A DNA stretch of 64,000 bases. It comes from Candidatus Binatia bacterium. Lineage in GTDB: Bacteria > Desulfobacterota > Binatia > HRBIN30. The stretch is from contig JBBRSP010000004.1 of NCBI GenBank assembly GCA_038245295.1, forward strand, positions 192,001 to 256,000, written 5' to 3'. Positions 27,533-36,013 of this stretch are shown here, piece after piece. A model generated the notes under the pieces. The model did no database searches. It was not told the DNA's origin and was given only the letters and a program-made list of their open reading frames with translations. The position numbers and the translations under genes are program-made. Position 1 is the first letter of the stretch; each line of letters begins with the position of its first letter.

Positions 27533-29152
27533 TCAGGCTCCAACGCGCAGACTGCGCACGCGTGCTTTTAGGGCGGGGATTGTCGGCGGCGAAACACTCA
27601 GCGCACGAAAGCCGATGCCAAGGAGCTGCGGGGTCATCGCTTCACGGCCGGCCAGCTCACCGCACAGGGTCACGGGGAGATCGCCGGCGTCGGCGACGAT
27701 GATCTCGAGCAGACGCATCAGCGCGTGGTGGGTATCCTGGAAGTAGCGGTTGACGGCCGGATCATCGCGTCCGGCGGCGAACGTGTACTGCGTCAGGTCG
27801 TTGGTGCCGACACAGAGAAAGTCGACGTGTTTGGCTATCGCCGGCACACCCAAAGCGGCGGCCGGCGTCTCGATCATGGCGCCGAAGGGCGGCGGCGTCT
27901 TGACTCCACAGGCGGCGCACATGGTTTCAAATACCTCACGGATGGTGCGCACATCTTCCTCGAGCGTCACCATCGGCACGAGGATGCGCACCGGGTAACG
28001 CTCGGACAAACGCGCCAGCGCCGCGAGCTGCGGGCGCATGAGGCCCGGATGTTCGAGCAGGATACGCGCGCCGCGCATGCCAAGGCCGGGGTTCGCCTCC
28101 GGCGGCAGATGCAAGAACGGCATCGGCTTGTCCCCACCGACGTCGAGGAGACGTACGGTCAGCGGCTTGCCGTCCAATCGTCCTGCGATGCGATCCAACG
28201 CGGTCAACAATTCATCTTCCGTCGGCGGCAGCTCCTGCGTCAGGTAGAGTTGTTCAATTCGGAAGAGCCCCACACCGTCGGCACCGTTCTCGAGCGCCAG
28301 CTCGATGTTGTCGTTCGCCCCGAGGTTGGCTTCTACCTTCACCAGGGTTCCGTCGAGCGTGTGCGCCGGCTCACGACAGGCGCCGCGGCAACGCATCTGC
28401 GTGGATTGATACTGATCGAGGCGGGCTTCGAATTCGGTGCGCGTGGCCGGATCCGGGGCGATGACGATTTCGCCGATGTAGCCGTCGACCAGAACCTCTT
28501 CGCCTTCCCGAACACGCTCGTGTACGCCCGCGAAGCCGGCAACCGTTGGAATGTTCTTCTCCCGCACCAGCAAGGCGGCGTGTGAGGCTTGCCCGAGCGA
28601 TTCGACAACAATCGCCGCGATGTCATGATTGGGCAAAGCAACGACATCGGAGGGCAACAGGCGCTTGAAGATCAACACACAGCCCGCCGGCAGATCGGTG
28701 AGCCGGTCGCTGTCGCGCGGCTCCAGGTGGCGCAGCAAGCGTCGCCCCAGATCGGCGATGTCATCGGCGCGCTGCCGCATACTGATGTCTTTCAGGGAGC
28801 GGAAGTTGTCGATCCAACGGCGAAACACCCGACGCACCGCCGTTCCCGGGTCGAGCCGTGCCTCCTTCATCTCCGTGCGGATCTCTCCCGAGGACAGGAA
28901 GTTGTCGAGCATCATCTCGTGGGCCCGGAAGATGTCGGCAACACGCGGGCCGACCTGCTCTTCGAGTCGGCGCACCGATTCGGCAAGCTCTTGGCGGGTA
29001 TTCGCGAAGGCAACCTCGATGCGTTTCCACTCGGAGTCGAACCCTTCGACGGCGATGAGCTCGCGCGACTCGGCTTGGTGCAGGATGTCGCCCACCCGGA
29101 TGGCAGGTCCCATGCCGAGCCCCGACGAAATCGCCGTTCCAGAGAGAATCAT
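27533..29152 (-). CDS. ptsI: Phosphoenolpyruvate-protein phosphotransferase (PTS Enzyme I)
   Basis: ASHAALLVRE phospho-His, GVGLFR, RLLDVGGDK, NPGLGMRG, MIETPAA, GTNDLTQY, CGELAG. Confidence 0.9.
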   Translation of the reverse strand: MILSGTAISSGLGMGPAIRVGDILHQAESRELIAVEGFDSEWKRIEVAFANTRQELAESVRRLEEQVGPRVADIFRAHEMMLDNFLSSGEIRTEMKEARLDPGTAVRRVFRRWIDNFRSLKDISMRQRADDIADLGRRLLRHLEPRDSDRLTDLPAGCVLIFKRLLPSDVVALPNHDIAAIVVESLGQASHAALLVREKNIPTVAGFAGVHERVREGEEVLVDGYIGEIVIAPDPATRTEFEARLDQYQSTQMRCRGACREPAHTLDGTLVKVEANLGANDNIELALENGADGVGLFRIEQLYLTQELPPTEDELLTALDRIAGRLDGKPLTVRLLDVGGDKPMPFLHLPPEANPGLGMRGARILLEHPGLMRPQLAALARLSERYPVRILVPMVTLEEDVRTIREVFETMCAACGVKTPPPFGAMIETPAAALGVPAIAKHVDFLCVGTNDLTQYTFAAGRDDPAVNRYFQDTHHALMRLLEIIVADAGDLPVTLCGELAGREAMTPQLLGIGFRALSVSPPTIPALKARVRSLRVGA

Positions 29153-29421
29153 TCGTTCACCTTGCCCGCCAAGCCGAGCATGTACAACCTACGAACCCGT
29201 GTCGTTTGCAGGTGCCCTCACCGCGCCTTTCCGCTCCAGCTCTGACCCACCTGTTGTTCGAACTCTTCCTGATCCTTCCGGAACTGCTGTTCAAACTCGA
29301 TGCGTGACGCCGGCGCCGTTGGGCAAGCATTGCCCACGACGCAGATGTTTGTCAGCATTCCGCCAATGCGGCGGGCACGCCCCGCCGACGGCAGCTCGTT
29401 GCGACGAAAGGGTTCCGGATC

Positions 29422-30078
29422 ATGACAAAACGAGTCACCCTCAGCTTCGACAACGGCCCTTGGCCTGGCGTCACCGAACGCGTCCTTGATCTACTGGCGC
29501 AACGCCGTCTGCGTTCGACGTTCTTCGTCGTCGCTCAGAATCTACGTCGGCCCGAGGCACGCTTGCTGGCGCAACGCGCCGTGCGAGAAGGTCACTGGAT
29601 CGGCAACCACACACTCACACACAGCGTGCAACTGGGTGACCTCGGCGCCCCGACGGAGGCGTATCGCGACGAGATTGGCGCAGCACAGGAGCTCGTCGGC
29701 GATCTGGCGCACACCGAACGTTTCTATCGCCCCTACGGCGCCGGCGGTTTACTGGGCCCGGATCTCCTGAGCCCGGCGGCCGTCGAGTATCTACGCAACG
29801 GCCGGTACACCTGCGTCCTGTGGTCGAGTGTGCCGCAAGATTGGGTGCCAGAGGTGGATTGGGTCGAGCGCTGCCTCGCCGATGTCCAGACCCAGGATTG
29901 GCCACTCGTAGTCCTGCACGACCTGCCCGGCTGCGCGCCGCGCCGGCTCGCCGAGTTGCTCGATCGCCTCGCCGAGAAGGGCATCGAGGTCGTGCAAGAG
30001 TTTCCGGACAACTGCGTGCCGATTCGCGGCGGTGCGGTGGTCGGGCCGATCGACCACCTGATGCATCCAGGAAGTTGA
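29422..30078 (+). CDS. Polysaccharide deacetylase (NodB/CE4) family
   Basis: LSFDNGP, TFFVV, GHWIGNHTLTH, DW, LVVLHD. Confidence 0.88.
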   Translation: MTKRVTLSFDNGPWPGVTERVLDLLAQRRLRSTFFVVAQNLRRPEARLLAQRAVREGHWIGNHTLTHSVQLGDLGAPTEAYRDEIGAAQELVGDLAHTERFYRPYGAGGLLGPDLLSPAAVEYLRNGRYTCVLWSSVPQDWVPEVDWVERCLADVQTQDWPLVVLHDLPGCAPRRLAELLDRLAEKGIEVVQEFPDNCVPIRGGAVVGPIDHLMHPGS

Positions 30079-30132
30079 TCAAGATCAGACGTGCCCGCGC
30101 CTGCCATCGGTGTACCGAAAACCAAGCAGGCT

Positions 30133-30190
30133 AAGGCAGAGGCAAAGGCAAAGGCAGAGGCAAAGGCAAAGGCAAAGGCAAAGGCAGAGG
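30133..30190 (+). repeat. Hexanucleotide tandem repeat (RAGGCA)x9
   Basis: AAGGCA/GAGGCA units plus a partial GAGG, intergenic between convergent genes. Confidence 0.9.
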
Positions 30191-30193
30191 GGG

Positions 30194-31729
30194 CTACATC
30201 CCCGTCGCGAATAACGTCCCGTTGTTGATCGCGTAAACCGTACCATCAGGCCCGATCAAAGTCGGCGTGTACGCCTCGCCGAGGCCCGGCGTGAGGACAA
30301 GCGACTGCGACAGAAGTCCCGTAACGGTATCCCAGCGGTAGAGCTTGCCGTCCTCGTTGTTGACGAGGATGGCCTTCCCCAACGAGTCGACCGCCGCCGT
30401 ATTGATGCACCACTCGCGCACCGCGTTGGGGAACATGGCAATGTGATCCTGGTCGGGCGTCGGGCCGGCCACCGTCATCACTTCCTTCATCACCGTGGCA
30501 CCTGAAATCGGATCGAGCATCGAATCGTTGGGATCGAGAATGGCGATGCGGTTTACGCCGTCACCGACGCCGGCGTAGTTGTTGTACTTGGTCATCACCA
30601 GGTACGCAGAGCTTCCAACATACGATGGCACCATCGCCGCCGGGACGATCGACGCCGTGTCGTCCCAACCAAACGCGCCGGGGAAGCCCTTCGGAGCCAA
30701 CGACGCGGCGAAATGCAGCAGCCAGCCACGGAAATGATTCGAGGGATACGGGTTCTCCAACACACCGATGTATACATCGCCGTCTGGTCCGACCGTCGGC
30801 GACGCTGTGCCATCGTCATGGATCTGCGCATCCATGCCGGAAAGCGGATCGACGAGACGGACCTTGTTGATGAATGCCAGCGTCGTGCTGTCGAGCTCGA
30901 GGAGATACCCCGGCGCCGCGCTGAGGCCATCGGCTTGATTGACGACGACGTACAAACGCGTGCCATCGAGACTCAAGGCCGGCGCCGAATTGTGCGCCAC
31001 CTTCGTGATGGCGGGGTCGGCTGCCGCAGTGGCCGCGCCAACCCAGGTCGCGCCGCCACCCTCGGCAATTCGCGCGATACCGCTGGTTAAATTGAGCGAC
31101 GTCGGGCCGGTTACCTGGAAGCCGAAATAAACCGTGCCGTTGTTGTCCGCCGTCAGCGGAGTATTGATGAAGACGTTGCGGGTGTAGTCGCGCCGATGCA
31201 GCCGGTAGGCGTCGTTGCCGTAGAAGACATTGCGCGTCGCACGGCTCGGTCGCATTGAATCGATGTTGTTGAAGGAGTTGACGACACCACCCTTGCCCGG
31301 CACCCACAATGTGCCGGTGGGAGACAGCACCGGCGAGAAGCTGGGGACCCAATCGTGTGGTGGCGACACGTAACTCGACGAGCGCCGCCACAGTCGTTTG
31401 CCGTCGCTACCGCGATGCCCTTCCACCCGATATGTCCCGAAAGCCCTGGCCTTCACCGGCACAATCACCGTATTCGCGGCGCTGATCAGCGGTGAGCCGT
31501 AGTGGATGTATAGGTAGTCGCCGGAATACTGTGGCTTGCGATCGACCGCCATCTGCCAGCGGATCCGGTTGATGGGTTGGCTGGCGACCGTCGAGACGGC
31601 ACTGTGCTGAGCGTCCCTACCGTAACTGCCCCAATGGGGCAGACTTGGCGACGTGGCCGCCGCCGGCACCGACACGGCGATGAGAAGCGCAACGGACAAA
31701 CAACGAGCGACCGACAGCGGGGGATGCAT
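30194..31729 (-). CDS. Secreted hypothetical protein, probable PQQ-like beta-propeller
   Basis: Signal peptide, WGSYGRDAQHS, and repeated blade motifs (YGSPLI, SPTVGPDGDVYIG, YTPTLIGPDGTVYA). Confidence 0.7.
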   Translation of the reverse strand: MHPPLSVARCLSVALLIAVSVPAAATSPSLPHWGSYGRDAQHSAVSTVASQPINRIRWQMAVDRKPQYSGDYLYIHYGSPLISAANTVIVPVKARAFGTYRVEGHRGSDGKRLWRRSSSYVSPPHDWVPSFSPVLSPTGTLWVPGKGGVVNSFNNIDSMRPSRATRNVFYGNDAYRLHRRDYTRNVFINTPLTADNNGTVYFGFQVTGPTSLNLTSGIARIAEGGGATWVGAATAAADPAITKVAHNSAPALSLDGTRLYVVVNQADGLSAAPGYLLELDSTTLAFINKVRLVDPLSGMDAQIHDDGTASPTVGPDGDVYIGVLENPYPSNHFRGWLLHFAASLAPKGFPGAFGWDDTASIVPAAMVPSYVGSSAYLVMTKYNNYAGVGDGVNRIAILDPNDSMLDPISGATVMKEVMTVAGPTPDQDHIAMFPNAVREWCINTAAVDSLGKAILVNNEDGKLYRWDTVTGLLSQSLVLTPGLGEAYTPTLIGPDGTVYAINNGTLFATGM

Positions 31730-31828
31730 ACAGTCTTGCTACCATGGCGCGCTTCCCTCTGAACAGAAAAAATTCCGCACCGTTCGAGGCGAACCGCCCT
31801 ACGACACCCCCCAGAGGCAGGGAAGCGA

Positions 31829-32974
31829 TCAGCCAATCGCGCCGGCGTCGCGCAGCTTGGCAAACTCGGCAGCGTCGATACCGATCTCGGCGAAGATCGC
31901 TTCACAATCGGCACCCGGCAGTGGTGCTTCGGTGCTGGCTTTGCCCGGCGTGCGCGAGAAGCGCGGCCCCGGTTGCGGCGCGATGGCGCCCTGCAGGCCG
32001 GTAGCGAACGTGTGACGCGCTTGGTTGTGCGGATGATCCTGCACCTCGCCCAGACCCATCACCGGGGCGACACAGGCATCCGTGCCGTCGAAGATCTCCG
32101 ACCACTCGGCACGCGTCTTCGAACGGAACACCTCGGCAAAACGCGCCGCTGTTTTGGGCCATGCGTCGCGATCAAACTGATGCGGCATCTCCTTTGGATT
32201 CAGGCCAAGACCTTTGACCAACTGAGCGTAGAACTGCGGCTCGATCGAGCCAACCGACATGAACTTGCCATCGGCCGTTTCATACGTGTCGTAGAATGGC
32301 GCGCCGGTATCGAGCATGTTGGTGCCGCGTTCGTCGGACCACAAGCCACCAGCACGAAACCCGAAGATGAAACTCGAGAGATGCGCCGCACCGTCGACCA
32401 TGGCCGAATCGATGACCTGCCCCTTGCCGGACAAACTGCGTTCATAGAGGGCCATGACAATTCCCATGGCGCACAACATGCCGCCGCCGGCAAAGTCGCC
32501 AAGCAGATTCACCGGAGGAATCGGCTTCTCACCCTTGCGCCCGAAGCAAGACAGCGCACCGGAGATGGCGATGTAGTTGATGTCGTGCCCCGCCATGGGC
32601 GCGTAAGGCCCGTCTTGGCCCCAGCCGGTAAGGCGCGCGTAAACCAGGCGCGGGTTGCGCCCCAGAGCGACATCCGGACCAACTCCCAGCTTCTCCATCA
32701 CACCCGGGCGGAACGGCTCAACCAACACATCGGCGCGTTCGATCAACCGCAACAGGGCGTCGACACCGCGTGGGTCTTTCATATTGATGCCGATCGACTT
32801 CTTGCCCCGCGCCAGAAAATCGCGCGTCGCATCGAAAGCACCGCCGGCGGTCGGCGTACGGTCGACGCGAATCACCTCGGCGCCAAAGTCGGCGAGAATC
32901 ATCCCAGCATACGGCACCGGTGCCAGACCGGCCATTTCGACGACGCGCACTCCATGCAGCGGACCCATAAACAC
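31829..32974 (-). CDS. mcr: Alpha-methylacyl-CoA racemase (CaiB/BaiF family III CoA transferase fold)
   Basis: GLAPVPY..LADFGAEVIRVDR, RGKKS, EPFRPGVMEKLG, GHDINY, NLLGDFAGGG (AMACR His/Asp pair). Confidence 0.88.
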   Translation of the reverse strand: MFMGPLHGVRVVEMAGLAPVPYAGMILADFGAEVIRVDRTPTAGGAFDATRDFLARGKKSIGINMKDPRGVDALLRLIERADVLVEPFRPGVMEKLGVGPDVALGRNPRLVYARLTGWGQDGPYAPMAGHDINYIAISGALSCFGRKGEKPIPPVNLLGDFAGGGMLCAMGIVMALYERSLSGKGQVIDSAMVDGAAHLSSFIFGFRAGGLWSDERGTNMLDTGAPFYDTYETADGKFMSVGSIEPQFYAQLVKGLGLNPKEMPHQFDRDAWPKTAARFAEVFRSKTRAEWSEIFDGTDACVAPVMGLGEVQDHPHNQARHTFATGLQGAIAPQPGPRFSRTPGKASTEAPLPGADCEAIFAEIGIDAAEFAKLRDAGAIG

Positions 32975-33047
32975 CTCCGTAGATCGAGACAGCTAGTTGC
33001 GCAGCGACTTCGCCCAATGGCAGCGCAACCGCAAGGGGATGGGCCGC

Positions 33048-33122
33048 CGCAAGCTGAAGCTTGCGCCTACCGGTCTCGGCAAACGCAGCGAGGGGTTAGG
33101 TAGCCGCAGGCTTGAGCCTGCG
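33048..33122. repeat. Pair of oppositely oriented GTAG REP-like family A hairpins
   Basis: CGCAAGCTGAAGCTTGCGCCTAC (33048-33070) and GTAGCCGCAGGCTTGAGCCTGCG (33100-33122). Confidence 0.75.
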
Positions 33123-33138
33123 CTGTCAGATCCGACGC

Positions 33139-35508
33139 TCAGCTCTGATACGACAATGCCGCCAACCCGAGTAGCCGAAACCCCGCCTGCGGCTGCTGGA
33201 AACCTTTGAGCTGCAGCTCGCCCGCCGGTTCCACGAGCAGACGATCCTCCATGGCGCCGTAGCTGCGGCCGGAGATGAGGATCTCGCCGGGGCCGGCGAT
33301 GTCGGACAGACGGGCCGCGAGGTTGGTGACGCTGCCGATGACAGCATAGTCGCGGCGCCCCTCGTAGCCGATGAACCCGCAGGTGGCGTAGCCGCTGTGA
33401 ATGCCGAAGCCGGCGTGGATGTTGTATCCCTTGCGGGTCCAGTCGATGCACAGGCGCTCGACGTCGCTACGCATCGACAAGGCCATGCGGGCGGCACGCT
33501 CGACGTGATCCGGCTGATCGACGGGATCGTTGAAGAACACCATGAAGCCGTCGCCGGCAAACCGCTCGAGCGTGCCTTCATACTCGGCGATGCGCGCGCC
33601 CATCGCGGAATGATACTCATCGAGCGTCGAGATGACTTCCTCTGGCTCGACACTCTCCGAGAACGACGTGAAGCCACGCAGATCAGCGAACAGCACGGTG
33701 ACGAACTTACGTTGGCTACCGAGCTCAGAAGCACCACCCATCGCCATGACCCGGTTGATGATCTGCGGCGAGAAGTATCGCTTCAAGTCGCCGAACTCGC
33801 GCTCGCGCGCGAACAACCGTTCGATGGCCGCGACACGCATCACCGCCTGGACCCCTTGCTGCGCCGCCGTCGTCAGGGCATCGATTTCGGCGGCCTCGTA
33901 GGGGTCATCAAAAGCCCGCGCCGCAACCGCCAAACCGCCAACCAGGCGCTGTTCATGCACCATCGGCAGCAACAACACGGCGCCGAGGCGCTCGAAGCCG
34001 GCCTCACACTCGGCGCGCACGTTGCCGTACTGCGGCTCGACGGCGAGCTGCGAGCGCAGGATCTCGCGCCGCGTCGCGCGCAACAGATGCACCAGCGGCT
34101 CGTTCTCCAAACTCTCGGTGCTGGCAGGCAAGCCATCGGTCGACCGCAAATGCTCACGGGCATCGACGATGCCGGGAAGAAAAAATGCCACGGCGCTGCG
34201 CGCATCACACACCTGGGTCGGCGCCGCGGCGATTACATCGAGCACCTGATCGACCGTCGTCGCGGCGTCGAGACGCGCTCCGACGGCGCGCAGCAATTCA
34301 GGAAAGCGAGCCCGCTGTGGGTAGAGTCGCCGGTTCAAACGCTCTTCGAAGCGTGGCCAGACGTAGAGCAAGGGAAACAGCAGCACGGCCACCAAGTACG
34401 GGCGCATCGACACGAGCACGAAGGCTATGGCGCTCAGAACCGCCACGGCGGCGGTGTACAGGATGGCCTTGCGAACGGCGATGCGCGCATTCGTCAAAGC
34501 CGGACGAATCGTGATGCGTGCCAAGGCCAGGGCAAAGATGCCGAGAGGCCAGATCAGAAAACGCGGGTCGACGCCGACCAGTCCGAAACTCTCGCGCGCG
34601 AATTGGATGAGAGCGAAGGGGATGACGCCGAAGACCGTGCCCCCGAGGAGAATGCGGGCGCGTTGCGCAGCCAGACGATCAGCGCCGTGTGCTGCCAGCC
34701 ACGCCGCACGAACAATGAACAACGTCATCGTCGCCAGAAGGACAGCCGAATCCACCGCTCGCGCGTACACGAACGGCCCCTCATACTGCACCGTCCAGCC
34801 AGTGATGTTTGCGACGCCCTGAAGCACGGCCATTCCATAGATGGCGCCCAGAACCTGACGCCGGCGCCGCACCAGGATTGGATGGATTACCGGGAACGCC
34901 AGCAGCGCATGCATCGGCACGTAGGGTGTGAACGCGACGACGGTAACGAAGTAGTATGAATTCCAGAAGTGGGACAGATCCGTCGGCAGGAAAAGGACGA
35001 GCAGCGTGCCGGCAACGAAGCAACACAACGCCAGCAGGGCCCAACTTTGCGTCTCGTATGGACGCAGGACGAACACGGTTACGCCAACCAGCAGAAAGAA
35101 AAGGCCGATGATGTCGGTAGCGCCCTGCGTGAAAATGAAATCTTCCGCACGCCACGGCCGGACTTCGATCGTCTGTTCGCGCTGCTCGCCGTCGGGGCGC
35201 CGCACGACAATCGTGTTGCTGGCACCCACCGCGGTGTTGACGTTGGGCCCGACGGCGTGGCCGTGCTGCGACCCTGCCACGACTTCCTGATCATTGATGC
35301 GCAGAACCCGGCCGCCGCCGCGCAGACCGGCGACGGAGACATCCTCACGCGTCGGAGACAGATACTCGGTGTCCAGAATCCAGCCGACGTTGGGGGTACC
35401 GATACGCTCGAACTTGTCGGCCACAGCCAGCAGCAGCCCGAACAGCGCGATGCTGACCAGGAACGCAAAGAGGGCTTGCTGCTTCGGCGTACCGTCGCGT
35501 AGCGACAT
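33139..35508 (-). CDS. Membrane class III adenylate/guanylate cyclase (PDZ-like, multi-TM, GAF, cyclase)
   Basis: AGLRGG.RVLRIND PDZ-like segment, multiple TM helices, GAF (LLLPM..LVGGL), VLFADLRGFT, GDG, DYAVIGSVTNLAARL. Confidence 0.9.
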   Translation of the reverse strand: MSLRDGTPKQQALFAFLVSIALFGLLLAVADKFERIGTPNVGWILDTEYLSPTREDVSVAGLRGGGRVLRINDQEVVAGSQHGHAVGPNVNTAVGASNTIVVRRPDGEQREQTIEVRPWRAEDFIFTQGATDIIGLFFLLVGVTVFVLRPYETQSWALLALCCFVAGTLLVLFLPTDLSHFWNSYYFVTVVAFTPYVPMHALLAFPVIHPILVRRRRQVLGAIYGMAVLQGVANITGWTVQYEGPFVYARAVDSAVLLATMTLFIVRAAWLAAHGADRLAAQRARILLGGTVFGVIPFALIQFARESFGLVGVDPRFLIWPLGIFALALARITIRPALTNARIAVRKAILYTAAVAVLSAIAFVLVSMRPYLVAVLLFPLLYVWPRFEERLNRRLYPQRARFPELLRAVGARLDAATTVDQVLDVIAAAPTQVCDARSAVAFFLPGIVDAREHLRSTDGLPASTESLENEPLVHLLRATRREILRSQLAVEPQYGNVRAECEAGFERLGAVLLLPMVHEQRLVGGLAVAARAFDDPYEAAEIDALTTAAQQGVQAVMRVAAIERLFAREREFGDLKRYFSPQIINRVMAMGGASELGSQRKFVTVLFADLRGFTSFSESVEPEEVISTLDEYHSAMGARIAEYEGTLERFAGDGFMVFFNDPVDQPDHVERAARMALSMRSDVERLCIDWTRKGYNIHAGFGIHSGYATCGFIGYEGRRDYAVIGSVTNLAARLSDIAGPGEILISGRSYGAMEDRLLVEPAGELQLKGFQQPQAGFRLLGLAALSYQS

Positions 35509-35581
35509 CAGCGGCAGGCACTACCACAGCGCTCCGGCGAAGGGGAGACGCGGAGGGCAGAACAAACCACGGATGACACCT

Positions 35582-35947
35582 GTCATCCCGGTGAAAAGAG
35601 ACTGTCGATTTTCGCTAAGTCATCGTTTGAAACAACGCAAACACCCCTTTCATACCGGCGAAAGCCGGTATCTCCCCAGCATTCTTGGCCTTCCACTCGA
35701 GGAGATCCCAGCTTTCGAGTGTGTCGATTTACTCGGAAACCAAATTTGAAAACCGAGCAGACCTTTCCGTCATACCGGCGAAAGCCGGTATCTCGCCAGC
35801 TTCCGAGGCTTCCAGCAGGGGGAGATCCCGGTTTTCACCGGGATGACGTTGCTCCACTTTGGTTTTACGACAGTCTCGAAAAGCCGGGGGCCCCCTCGAT
35901 TGGAAACTGCGAAATGCTTGGGAGATGCTGGCTTTCGCCGCAATGAC
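35582..35947. repeat. Cluster of GTCAT..CCGG.GAAA.CCGG..ATC palindromic repeats
   Basis: Identical 25-mers TCATACCGGCGAAAGCCGGTATCTC at 35650 and 35770. Inverted halves at 35701, 35822-35847 and 35921-35947. Confidence 0.85.
35598..35877. mobile_element. MITE-like non-autonomous element with 10-bp TIRs and 5-bp flanking direct repeat, carrying palindromic hairpins
   Basis: GAGACTGTCG (35598-35607) and CGACAGTCTC (35868-35877). GAAAA on both flanks (35593-35597, 35878-35882). A second left end GAGTGTGTCG sits at 35717. Confidence 0.65.
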
Positions 35948-36013
35948 GGAGGAAGGGGTTGGTTGCCTGAGTTGGTTCCGGCCGACGGCCGGGCTGGGTC
36001 ATCCGTGGATTGT

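Noticed and set aside
29422..30078. Deacetylase pseudo-enzyme because of FDNGP instead of FDDGP
   Set aside because: Catalytic Asp, both metal His and LHD are retained; a single substitution is insufficient evidence.
33397..34959. 520-aa plus-strand ORF (also 19359-20690, 14738-15865, 57271-58557, 39233-40441)
   Set aside because: Antisense shadows of well-supported genes in GC-rich DNA, with no recognisable motifs.
35582..35947. CRISPR array
   Set aside because: Only two identical direct copies 120 bp apart, the intervening sequences are mutually similar, inverted copies are present, and there are no cas genes.
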